Shown: in pieces, positions 10,942-21,571 of the stretch
How positions within the stretch are numbered: position 1 is the stretch's first letter
Layout: every line of letters begins with the position of its first letter
Assembly: GCA_002269645.1 (NCBI GenBank)
Contig: NIVC01004694.1
Span: 1 to 37,842 of the forward strand
DNA length: 37,842 bases
Direction of reading: 5' to 3'
Source of the DNA: Macrostomum lignano
Lineage: Eukaryota
The notes under the pieces: model-generated
Told to the model about the DNA's origin: nothing
Seen by the model: the letters and a program-made list of their open reading frames with translations, nothing else
Databases searched by the model: none
Made by a program: the position numbers and the translations under genes

Positions 10942-10947
10942 AATAAA
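10942..10947 (+). promoter_or_regulatory. Candidate parvin polyadenylation signal AATAAA
   Basis: First AATAAA I found downstream of the stop. Use is not demonstrated. Confidence 0.45.
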
Positions 10948-11509
10948 GTTTGCCTTACTGCCAGTGTATTAAGAGCTGCTTGAGTATCACGCTGAGGTTA
11001 CTTAAGTAGTAGATGCCGATTAATGCTTGTCGCTTTTAATTCTATGTAAATATTATTTTTATTAAAAAGTTTTACCTAGCAGTGCTGCTAAAGTTTTTTA
11101 TTGCATGTCCTCTGCGCACTACTGCCATAATCTTAACTCGGCAGTAGTTTAGTTAAATTTGCATGCCTTCTGTATTTATGCTTAGTTTATTAAATTATCT
11201 GATAATGCTTGGCAATTTTCTTTTATTTTATGTACTACTAGATTTGTCTGAGTAGTATGCGCTGCGTCGTATTTGATAGCAGATTTGGTTTTGATTTGCC
11301 ATATAAGAAAATTTTGTGCTATTATAAACAGCTTGCATGCAGAATCTGTGTACACCGAACGGCTACTCTGCTGGAACTCTGAAAAATACATTGCAGCCCT
11401 TCATATTTACAGAACTGATAATTATGCTTATTGGCTCACCCATGCGATTACTATGCGAGCCATAATTCTTTCGACTGGAAATTTAAAGTTTATTGCACCA
11501 CACATCTTG

Positions 11510-12240
11510 GCTGGGCCAGCCTCTCAGATCCTCAGTTGCTGGGCCAGCCTCTCAGATCCTCAGTTGCTGGGCCAGCCTTCCAGATCCTCAGTTGCTGGGC
11601 CAGCCTTCCAGATCCTCAGTTGCTGGGCCACCGCCAGCCTCTCAGATCCTCAGTTGCTGGGCCAGCCTCTCAGATCCTCAGTTGCTGGGCCAGCCTTCCA
11701 GATCCTCAGTTGCTGGGCCACCGCCAGCCTCTCAGATCCTCAGTTGCTGGGCCAGCCTCCCAGATCCTCAGTTGCTGGGCCACCGCCAGCCTCTCAGATC
11801 CTCAGTTGCTGGGCCAGCCTCCCAGATCTTCAGTTGCTGGGCCAGCCTCCCAGATCTTCAGTTGCTGGGGCAGCCTCTCAGATCCTCAGTTGCTGGGCCA
11901 GCCTCCCAGATCCTCAGTTGCTGGGGCAGCCTCCCAGATCCTCAGTTGCTGGGGCAGCCTCTCAGATCCTCAGTTGCTGGGCCAGCCTCCCAGATCCTCA
12001 GTTGCTGGGCCACCGCCAGCCTCTCAGATCCTCAGTTGCTGGGCCAGCCTCCCAGATCTTCAGTTGCTGGGCCAGCCTCCCAGATCTTCAGTTGCTGGGC
12101 CAGCCTCCCAGATCCTCAGTTGCTGGGCCAGCCTCTCAGATTTTCAGTTGCTGGGGCAGCCTCCCAGATCCTCAGTTGCTGGGCCAGCCACCCAGATCCT
12201 CAGTTGCTGGGCCAGCCTCCCAGATCCCCAGCTGCTGGGC
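11510..12240. repeat. 28-bp minisatellite GCTGGGCCAGCCTCTCAGATCCTCAGTT with 34-bp variants (+CACCGC)
   Basis: About 25 tandem copies. They account for the three overlapping low-complexity ORFs here. Confidence 0.97.
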
Positions 12241-12994
12241 CTCTTCTTAACCTAAAGCATTTAGTAAGGCTCAGAAGAGGCCACCTCAACTGTTTGCTCA
12301 AGTTGCCAACTCGCTAGTTTCAATGACGATTACGTTGTATTTCTGTTCTGTCCTATGATTTCTTTGCTTTAAAAAAATATTTCAGTTACCTTTCATGGTT
12401 ACGAGTATTCAGACAATTTTTTGCTTTTGAACAAGAACTCAAAGAGCTGAAGTTTCACTGAAATTCTTCACTTCTTCGGCTTGTGGCAAAACTCGCGTCA
12501 GTTCGAGACACCGCTGCGGTTTTGTAAAAGAAGACAACTTAGCGCGCAGCAAGAGCAGCAAAACTTGCCGTTTGCTTTGGCGGGAGAAAATTTCTAGCAG
12601 GTTAAAGTGGCTGCTTTTAACACATTTTTTTCTTTTTCGGTTCGCAAAGGCAGAGGGCGCGCACACGAGCTGCGACTGGGGGCCCTTTGGGGGCCAAAGG
12701 GATTAAAAAATGTATGGGAAGCAGCGGCAGGGGTCCAAAAAATCCAACAGTTTGTTTCCGAGCGCCAGTGCGAGGCAGACTTTGAAGAAATTGTTCACAA
12801 GAAAGGAAAGGAATAGCAATATTGATTAATATACCGGTTAACATGCAACACTGAAGCAGGGCAGAGGCAATTAATCTGGTAACTTGTCTGCTGGTAGCTG
12901 TCAGTCCGGTGCATTGTGTTGCCCTCACCTGTTGATGAGGAATATCGCTCACCAATCAATAATTGTCAGTAACTCTAGGATCTACGAGTCGGCC

Positions 12995-13168
12995 CTCCTC
13001 TAGAATCACCCTTAGAATCTCCCTCTAGAATCGTCCCTCTAGAATCGCCCTCTAGAATCGCCCTCTAGAATTGCCCTCTAGAATCGCCTCCTAGAATCGC
13101 TCTCTAGAATCGCCCCTCTAGAATCGCCCCTCAAAAATCGCCCCCTAGAATCGCCCGGAATCGCCCCC
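12995..13168. repeat. ~13-14-bp repeat CCCTCTAGAATCG
   Basis: About 12 tandem copies, degenerate at the ends. Confidence 0.9.
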
Positions 13169-13371
13169 TCGCCAGTCCGAGGCTGCTCAGCAGTTCATGA
13201 GTTGACTCAGCGCATCTTCCGCTTGCTGCCGCTGCAGAGGTGGCAGGCCCCAGTGCAGCGGTGGCAGATCAATGGCGGCTGGCAGCTGGGGTGCCTCATC
13301 GGGCTGAGGTTCATCCATTCCGCAGCCGCCGCCTCCGCCGTCCGCCCTGAGGATGTGCAGTAGCCGTTATT

Positions 13372-13498
13372 TTATTTGTGGAACTTTCCATGTCCAATTG
13401 CATGGCTGCGCTGCATCAAGCATGAGGACCCCAGCTGACACTTGACTGGCAGCCCGCACGGACGGAGCAGGGAGGGTCCGCGAACCCCCGGGACCGGT
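13372..13498 (-). CDS. Tentative terminal exon of the tbx20-like gene
   Basis: ACACAG acceptor is phase-compatible with the exon E donor and gives R|PVPGVRGPSLLRPCGLPVKCQLG...FHK-TAA. No homology support. GC-rich sequence at 13170-13370 is an alternative. Confidence 0.3.
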
Positions 13499-13759
13499 CT
13501 GTGTTCGCATTCAAGTGGCTCCCAAGATTTACAAATGCATCATTCACGGTGTCTAGACACGGTCATTGGTCGGGATAACAGGACTGCGACGTAACTATTG
13601 TCTGGCACTGCATTTCAATTGTTGCTATGCAGATCAAGTTCACCTGCCGAGTGTAATTGATTAAGTTTATTGCATAAAAACCTGCACGCTATGATATGTG
13701 ATGGAATGTCACAGGGGGAGGATGGATGCAGCAACAGAGATCCCGTTGTCCCCTCGGAT

Positions 13760-14762
13760 CTGAGGTGACACTCCTGAGACCCAAACTGACACAACTCAGA
13801 TCCGAACTGACACACCTCAGATTCGAACTGACACCCCTCAGATCCAGACTGACACACTTCCGATCTAGACTGACACACCTCAGATACAGACTGACACACT
13901 TCCGATCTAGACTGACACACTTCAGATCCGAACTGACACCCCTTCAGATCCAGACTGACACACTTCAGATCCAGACTGACACACTTCAGATCCGAACTGA
14001 CACCCCTCAGATCCAGACTGACACACTTCAGATCCAGAGTGACACACCTCAGATCCAGACTGACACACCTCAGATCTAGACTGACACACCTCAGATCCGC
14101 ACTGACACACTTCAGATCCAGACTGACACACTTCAGATCCAGACTGACACACTTCAGATCCGAACTGACACCCCTCAGATCCAGAGTGACACACCTCAGA
14201 TCCAGACTGACACACTTCAGATCCGAACTGACACCCCTCAGATCCAGACTGACACACTTCAGATCCAGAGTGACACACCTCAGATCCAGACTGACACACC
14301 TCAGATCTAGACTGACACACCTCAGATCCGCACTGACACCCCTCAGATCCAGACTGACACACTTCAGATCCAGACTGACACACTTCAGATCCGAACTGAC
14401 ACCCCTCAGATCCAGACTGACACACTTCAGATCCAGACTGACACACCTCAGATCCAGACTGACACACCTCAGATCTAGACTGACACACCTCAGATCCGCA
14501 CTGACACCCCTCAGATCCATACTGACACACTTCAGATCCAGACTGACACACTTCAGATCCGAACTGACACCCCTTCAGATCCAGACTGACACACTTCAGA
14601 TCCAGACTGACACACTTCAGATCCGAACTGACACCCCTCAGATCCAGACTGACACACTTCAGATCCAGAGTGACACACCTCAGATCCAGACTGACACACC
14701 TCAGATCTAGACTGACACACCTCAGATCCGCACTGACACCTTTTAGATCTGAACTGAGGTCT
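13760..14762. repeat. 21-bp minisatellite CAGATCCAGACTGACACAC(C/T)T, about 47 copies, in the intron after tbx20 exon E
   Basis: Tandem copies read directly; ORF translations are 7-aa periodic. Confidence 0.97.
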
Positions 14763-15065
14763 TCAGATGTACCTGCGCTACATCGTAAGTGGCTGCATCA
14801 AGTTAATGCAACTGGTAAAAGAAAAAATGTGGAATCCACATTGGAAAGTTTCACCACAGTTGGTAACATTTGCGAGAAGCGTCTTTGCGAACTGATAGCT
14901 AAAATATGCGTTGCAACAGGCAGAACACTGGAGTTCGACAACTTCAGCTTTAACAAGAAAAACTCGCAACACTTCGAAAATGTCAAGTGCCCGGGGAGGC
15001 ATCCTCAAGCGGCCCTACTGACTCTGCGAAATTCCCAAGCCATTCGACTGCGACATTTGGCTCAC

Positions 15066-15142
15066 CTGTCATAGGCGGAGGCCCTGGCGGCGTCCCGGAA
15101 TCCCTTGGCAAACGGGTTCCTCTCGATCTTCAGCTTGGTTAT
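15066..15142 (-). CDS. tbx20: Tbx20-like exon E (T-box C-terminus)
   Basis: CAG|ITKLKIERNPFAKGFRDAARASAYD, donor AG|GTGAG. Confidence 0.95.
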
Positions 15143-15172
15143 CTGCGGAGTCGGAGGTGGGTTGGCTGGCGT

Positions 15173-15438
15173 CAGGGGCGTAGCCAGGATTTTTTTTTGG
15201 GGGTATCGGTTAGCTGTTATCAGAAAGCAAGGGCTTGAGATCCACATATCCCCTTAATGTATTTCTAGTGCATAATACATATAATTACTCTATTTGTTTG
15301 TTAATTGTTATTCTTTCGATTTGGATACCTTTCTCTTCCTTAACGGTCACAATTGCAACTGAAAAAAGGAAAAAAATGTTGCTTTGGAAATTTGGGGGTA
15401 TCGGCCGATATACCGATACCCCCCTCGCTACGCCCCTG
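15173..15438. mobile_element. 266-bp non-autonomous DNA transposon (MITE, hAT-type)
   Basis: Perfect 12-bp TIRs CAGGGGCGTAGC / GCTACGCCCCTG. 8-bp TSD GCTGGCGT at 15165-15172 and 15439-15446. 8-bp TSDs and CAG termini are typical of hAT. Confidence 0.92.
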
Positions 15439-15545
15439 GCTGGCGTTGCTAAAAATGGGACGAGTTCAAGAAAGTAAGGAATATAAAAGGAGAGAAAGGA
15501 AGACAAGGTCTGAAAGAGATGGCAAGGGTGACAAGAGAGTGCGGG

Positions 15546-16075
15546 GGAGAGATAAGAGAGCAGTAGAGAGATAAGAGAGCAGTAGAGAGATAAGAGAGCA
15601 GGGAGAGATAAGAGAGCAGTAGAGAGATAAGAGAGCAGTAGAGAGATAAGAGAGCAGGGAGAGATAAGAGAGCAGGGAGAGATAAGAGAGCAGGGAGAGA
15701 TAAGAGAGCAGGTAGAAATAAGAGAGCAGGTAGAGATAAGAGAGAAGGTAGAGATAAGAGAGCAGAGAGATAAGAGAGCAGGTAGAAATAAGAGAGCAGG
15801 GAGAGATAAGAGAGCAGGGAGAGATAAGAGAGCAGGGAGAGATAAGAGAGCAGGGAGAGATAAGAGAGCAGGTAGAAATAAGAGAGCAGGGAGAGATAAG
15901 AGAGCAGGGAGATATAAGAGAGCAGGGAGAGATAAGAGAGCAGGTAGAAATAAGAGAGCAGGTAGAGATAAGAGAGAAGGTAGAGATAAGAGAGCAGAGA
16001 GATAAGAGAGCAGAGAGATAAGAGAGCAGAGAGATAAGAGAGCAGAGATATAAGAGAGCAGGGGAGAGATAAGAG
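15546..16075. repeat. ~18-bp purine-rich minisatellite GAGAGATAAGAGAGCAGG in tbx20 intron D-E
   Basis: Tandem copies, mostly 18 bp with some 16 or 19 bp. Confidence 0.95.
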
Positions 16076-16198
16076 ATAGAATAGAGATAGGAGCGAAAGA
16101 GATCAAAAGATGAGAGCGCGGAGAGCGAGAACAGACGAACAAAGCGAATGAAAAGTCCTAAACAGGCGCATTAGACATTGAATTCATTGAGCTCTGAC

Positions 16199-16384
16199 CA
16201 GCTGGTTCTGGTAGGCGGTCACGGCGATGAAGACGGTCTCGGGCAGCAGGAACTGCCGATGCTCCGGGCTGACGCGGCCTGCCGGCTCTTCGTCGCCGCC
16301 AAACCGCGGGCCGGCCGTGACGGGGCTCGGCAGCCGCATGAGGTGAATGCGGGCCTGGTACTTGTGCATCGAGTTCAGCACAAT
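16199..16384 (-). CDS. tbx20: Tbx20-like exon D
   Basis: IVLNSMHKYQARIHL...FLLPETVFIAVTAYQNQL, donor CTG|GTCAG. The CAGCAG acceptor allows a 3-nt alternative start. Confidence 0.95.
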
Positions 16385-16497
16385 CTGCTGCAGGTGTTCC
16401 ACAGGTGGGTGTTGGGGAGAGTTGAGAAGCTGCTGCTGTGCATTGAACTTCTGGACCTCCACTGCTAATTTCTCCCCGTGATTTTATCCGCTCTTTT

Positions 16498-16982
16498 CTG
16501 CATCTCCCCCTGCATCTCTCCTTCCTGCATCTCTCCTCCCTGCATCTCTCCTCCCTGCATCTCTCCTCCCTGCATCTCTCCTCCCTGCATCTCTCCTCCC
16601 TGCATCTGTCTTCCCTGCATCTGTCTTCCCTGCATCTCTCCTCCCTGCATCTCTCCTCCCTGCATCTTTCCTCCCTGCATCTCTCCTCCCTGCATCTCTC
16701 ATCCCTGCATCTCTCCTCCCTGCATCTCTCCTCCCTGCATCTCTCCTCCCTGCATCTCTCCTCCCTGCATCTCTCGTCCCTGCATCTCACCTCCCTGCAT
16801 CTCTCCTCCCTGCATCTCTCCTCCCTGCATCTCTCCTCCCTGCATCTCTCCTCCCTGCATCTCTCCTCTCTGCATCTGTTCTCCCTGCATCTCTCCTCCC
16901 TGCATCTCTCCTCACTGCATCTATCCTCCCTGCATCTCACCGCATCTATCCTCCCTGCATCTGTCCTCCCTGCATCTCTCTC
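16498..16982. repeat. 15-bp minisatellite CTGCATCTCTCCTCC in tbx20 intron C-D, about 32 copies
   Basis: Tandem copies read directly. Confidence 0.97.
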
Positions 16983-17003
16983 TGCCCGTTCAGCCACTCC
17001 CAC

Positions 17004-17274
17004 CTGTCCTTTATCCGCCGTGTTGTTGGTCAGCTTGAGTTTCTCAAAGCTGACGGCCTGCCGCATCAGCTGCTCGCCGGTGAAGGGGCCGTCCGGGTGT
17101 AGAAAGCAGCGGAGCGGCGCCTCGGGATCGGCGCGGCCCGCCACCGTCCAGGCGCTGCGGTGGTAAGCGTAGCGATAGCGACAGTCGTCCACGGCCGGGA
17201 GGTCCATGAGCACGTGATAGCGGCAGCGCTCCAGCAGGCCCGAGAAGAGCAGCCGCACCACGGGGAACATCCGC
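17004..17274 (-). CDS. tbx20: Tbx20-like exon C
   Basis: R|RMFPVVRLLFSG...RYRYAYHRSAW.VAGRADP...HPDGPFTGEQLMRQAVSFEKLKLTNN. YRYAYHRS.W and FTGEQL fit the Tbx20/H15/midline subfamily. Acceptor CCGCAG, donor CAG|GTGGG. Confidence 0.95.
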
Positions 17275-17366
17275 CTGCGGGGAGGTTTTGATTTTTGTGT
17301 TATCCTTGTTTGAGTCTTTGTGATTGTCCGTTTGGTGCTGTCAATGTATTATGCATTTTTGGGAGA

Positions 17367-18587
17367 AGGGGTGGATCGGGAACAGGGGGGTGATAGGGAA
17401 GAGGGGGCGGATCGGGAAGAGGGGGGCGGATCGGAAACAGGAGGCGGATCGGGAAGAGGGGGTGGATCGGGAAGAGGGGGTGGATCGGGAAGAGGGGGCG
17501 GATCGGGAACAGGGGGCGGATCGGGAAGAGGGGGGCGGATCGGGAAGAGGGGGCGGATTGGAAACAGGGGGCGGATCGGGAAGAAGGGGCGGATAGGGAA
17601 GAGGGGGCGGACGCGAACGGGGGGCGGACGCGAACAGGGGGCGGATAGGGAAGAGGGGGCGGATGCGAACAGGGGGTGGATCGGGAAGAGGGGCGGACGC
17701 GAACAGGGGGCGGATCGGAAACAGGGAAGCGGATCGGGAACAGTGGGCGGATCGGGAACAGGGGGCGGATCGGGAACAGGGGACGGATCGGGAAGAGGGG
17801 GGCGGATCGGGAAGAGGGGGCGGATCGGGAACAGGGGACGGATCGGGAACAGTGGGCGGATCGGGAACAGGGGGCGGATCGGGAACAGGGGACGGATCGG
17901 GAACAGGGGGCGGATCGGGAACAGGGGGCGGATCGGGAACAGGGGACGGATCGGGAAGAGGGGGGCGGATCGGGAACAGGGGACGGATCGGGAAGAGGGG
18001 CGGATCGGGAACAGGGGGCGGATCGGGAACAGGGGGCGGATCGGGAACAGGGGGCGGATCGGAAACAGGGGGCGGATCGGGAACAGGGGGCGGATCGGAA
18101 ACAGGGGGCGGATCGGGAACAGGGGGCGGATCGGGAACAGTGGGCGGATCGGGAACAGGGGGCGGATCGGGAAGAGGGGGGCGGATCAGGAAGAGGGGGC
18201 GGATCGGGAACAGGGGGCGGATCGGGAACAGTGGGCGGATCGGGAACAGTGGGCGGATCGGGAAGAGGGGGCGGATCGGGAACAGGGGACGGATCGGGAA
18301 GAGGGGGGCGGATCAGGAAGAGGGGCGGATCGGGAACAGGGGCGGATCGGGAACAGTGGGCGGATCGGGAACAGTGGGCGGATCGGGAAGAGGGGGCGGA
18401 TCGGGAACAGGGGACGGATCGGGAAGAGGGGGGGCGGATCGGGAAGAGGGGCGGATCGGGAACAGGGGACGGATCGGGAAGAGGGGGGCGGATCGGGAAC
18501 AGGGGGCGGATCGGGAACAGGGGGCGGATCGGGAACAGGGGGCGGATCGGGAACAGGGGACGGATCGGGAAGAGGGGGGCGGATCGG
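17367..18587. repeat. 18-19-bp G-rich minisatellite CGGGAA(C/G)AGGGGGCGGAT in tbx20 intron B-C, about 65 copies
   Basis: Tandem copies read directly. Confidence 0.97.
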
Positions 18588-19331
18588 GTGAGGATAGGCA
18601 CGGCAGCAGCAGACCCAGCTGTAGTGGCTGTCAGTGCCCTGCAGTTCAGTCAGGACACCCCAGCCCCCCTGCGCGGCACCCAGCAGATTCCCACGGTCGC
18701 ACAGCGCTGGCTGGCACTGTAGCAATGCACAATGCAGTCTGGCTCTCTGCTGCCTGCAACACAGCCAACAATGTCTGTCACACCACAACGCAAGGCTGCT
18801 ATTTTCACTTTGCAGTTTTTGCGGGTCAGCGAATGCCTGGGCAGCAGTTTGACCTGCAGTTGAAGCTGCGGCTCCGGTGCTGCACAATTTCTGTGTCAAA
18901 CTGTCTTTGGCGACAGGGCCGCCCCCCGCCCGAGCCTCGGTGGCGGCGGTTTCACAGCTTTAGTAGCCATGCCGGTAATAAAACCGAAAAAGCAGAAATC
19001 ACTTTGCCGACCCTCCGGCTTCGTGTTTCACGTTTTCCATGACTGGCTGCTTCACGCCTTGTCGGTCAGAATCTGGAGCGGCTTCATCTTGTAGCTCAAA
19101 TTTCATCGCCACCACCCCCCAGAGTGAGACTGCAGCCGCCCAGACAGATACTGACTGCTGCTCGCTCGTCATCAAGTTTCGAGTTTTTACACCCAAATTG
19201 CAAGGCCACTAAAAATTTTCGAAATTGGAAAACACGGAAATGAAATCTGGCCGGTTTGGGGGAAAGTGGGATGCATTTCTTGGAAACTTTTTGTTAATTA
19301 AAGAGGCTTTCGACTGAGAAATCCTTTAGAT

Positions 19332-20118
19332 GGGCAGGTATTCGGACTGTGAGGGCAGGTATTCAGACTGTGAGGGTTAGGTATTGATACTGTGAGAACA
19401 GGTATTGAGGCAGTAAGGGCAGGTATTGAGATTGTGAGGGCAGGTATTGATACTGTGAGAACAGGTATTGAGGCAGTGAGGGCAGGTATTGAGGCAGTGA
19501 GGGCAGGTATTGAGATTGTGAGGGCAGGTATTGATACTGTGAGGGCAGGTATTGATACTGTGAGGGCAGGTATTGATACTGTGAGGGCAGGTATTGATAC
19601 TGTGAGGGCAGGTATTGATACTGTGAGGGCAGGTATTGAGACTGTGAGGGCAGGTATTGATACTGTGAGGGCAGGTATTGAGACTGTGAGGGCAGGTATT
19701 GATACTGTGAGGGCAGGTATTGAGACTGTGAGGGCAGGTATTGATACTGTGAGGGCAGGTATTGAGACTGTGAGGGCAGGTATTGATACTGTGAGGGCAG
19801 GTATTGATACTGTGAGGGCAGGTATTGATACTGTGAGGGCAGGTATTGAGACTGTGAGGGCAGGTATTGAGACTGTGAGGGCAGGTATTGAGATTGTGAG
19901 AACAGGTATTGAGACTGTGAGGGTAGGTATTGAGACTGTGAGGGCAGGTATTGAGATTGTGAGGGTAGGTATTGAGACTGTGAGGGCAGGTATTTAGACT
20001 GTGAGGGCAGGTATTCAGACTGTGAGGGCAGGTATTGAGACTGTGAGGGCAGGTATTCGGACTGTGAGGGCGGGTATTGATACTGTGAGGGCGGGTTTCA
20101 AGTAGTGAGGGCAGGTGT
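19332..20118. repeat. 21-bp minisatellite GAGGGCAGGTATTGA(T/G)ACTGT in tbx20 intron B-C, about 37 copies
   Basis: Tandem copies read directly. Confidence 0.97.
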
Positions 20119-20157
20119 AGTTAATTGAGTTAGGCTCAGAGCAGAGCCAGCAATTAC

Positions 20158-20281
20158 CTTCCAGACTTGGTGATGATCATCTCGGTGCCCAGTTCGCGGA
20201 ACTGCTGCCACAGTTCAGCATTCTCCAGCTGACACCGCGGCTCCAGCTGCGGCAGCAGCGGCACCGACAATTTAACTGGCG
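20158..20281 (-). CDS. tbx20: Tbx20-like exon B (start of the T-box)
   Basis: CCCGCAG acceptor, then [25 protein letters not shown]. Phase-2 donor AG|GTAATT at the conserved GR|RMFP position. Confidence 0.95.
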
Positions 20282-20376
20282 CTGCGGGTTTTGCCGATAA
20301 ATTTTGTATGAAATTGTTAACAATGATGGGCTTCACGACTTTCTCTAAGTTCACCAAGACTCTTAAGTGACTGCAG

Positions 20377-20515
20377 CTTCAGTGACTGCAGCCCCAGCTG
20401 TCTGAGGAGCTTCAGTGACTGCAGCCCCAGCTGTCTGAGGTGCTTCAGTGACTGCAGCCCCAGCTGTCTGAGGTGCTTCAGTGACTGCAGTCCCAGCTGT
20501 CTGAGGTGCTTCAGT
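20377..20515. repeat. 33-bp repeat x4 (CTTCAGTGACTGCAGCCCCAGCTGTCTGAGGTG) in tbx20 intron A-B
   Basis: Copies start at 20377, 20410, 20443 and 20476. Confidence 0.95.
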
Positions 20516-20546
20516 CGGTTCGCAGGCATGATAAGATCGCCCTCAC

Positions 20547-20775
20547 CTGGCCCAGCATCCAGCCGCATCTCCGACCTGTCCATCCACTTCCGCTTCTTCG
20601 GCGGCCTGGGCTGCTGCCTCAGCTTCATCAGGGCTTCAATTCTGAAAGCGGCGGCCTTGGCAGACATGCCGGGATGATGCCGGGCCCCGCGGGGCTTTGG
20701 CGGACTTTGAGCTCGGATGACGGCGCTCGAGTCCTCGCTGCTGCTGCAGCTGCTGAGCGGCCTGGTCTGATCCAT
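20547..20775 (-). CDS. tbx20: Tbx20-like exon A (N-terminus with an eh1-like motif)
   Basis: ATG at 20775 (a second ATG at 20667 is possible). SAKAAAFRIEALM (motif at 20626-20646) resembles the eh1 Groucho-binding motif of Tbx20/15/18/22. Phase-1 donor G|GTGAGG is compatible with exon B. Confidence 0.8.
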
Positions 20776-20983
20776 GCTTTTGCTCTTCTGCAAGCAAATC
20801 TCGCTGCAACACTGCAGCGCTGGGCTGGCTGGGAGGTCCTGTTAAATCGGGAACTGCGGGCGCCGGGGGGCTGGGGGGGGGGCTGCGCTAGCAGCGGCAG
20901 CCAATGACAGCCCCGACTCGACTGCCCAGCCCTGCTGTGCCACCAGCCGCTTCCGAAAGAATTCTCTTAAACCCATCGCTTTC

Positions 20984-21571
20984 TGACCAACGCCACTCGG
21001 AATCCGCCCCCTTTGACCAACGAACGCCACTCGGAATCCGCCCCATCTGACCAACGAACGCCACTCGGAATCCGTCCCATCTGACCAACGAACGCCACTC
21101 GGAATCCGCCCCTTTTACCAACGCCACTCGGAATCCGCCCCTTTGACCAACGCCACTCGGAATCCGCCCCCTTTGACCAGCGCCACTTGGAATCCGCCCC
21201 TCTGACCAACGCCACTCGGAATCCGCCCCCTCTGACCAACGCCACTCGGAATCCGCCCCCTCTGACCAACGCCACTCGGAATCCGCCCCTCTGACCAACG
21301 CCACTCGGAATCCGCCCCCTCTGACCAACGCCACTCGGAATCCGCCCCCTCTGACCAACACCACTCGGAATCCGCCCCCTCTGACCAACGCCACTCGGAA
21401 TCCGCCCCCTCTGACCAACGCCACTCGGAATTCGCCCCCGTTGGCCAGCGCCACTCGGAATCCGCCCCCTCTGACCAGCGCCACTCGGAATCCGCCCCCA
21501 CTGACCAGCGCCACTTGGAATCTGCTCCCACTGACCAACACCATCCGGAATCCGCCCCTTCTGACCAACGC
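20984..21571. repeat. ~30-bp minisatellite CTGACCAACGCCACTCGGAATCCGCCCCCT
   Basis: About 19-20 tandem copies of 29-33 bp. The array continues between the MITE copies to ~23243. Confidence 0.96.

Noticed and set aside
13170-13370. GC-rich stretch as a definite tbx20 coding exon
   Set aside because: Two minus-strand frames are open with no homology or clear acceptor to choose between them, so it is left as an alternative to the tentative terminal exon.
16158-17270. 370-aa ORF joining T-box exon C to a CREER repeat
   Set aside because: It is read-through into intron C-D. The 619-nt intron puts exon D in another frame, and canonical splice sites restore a normal T-box.
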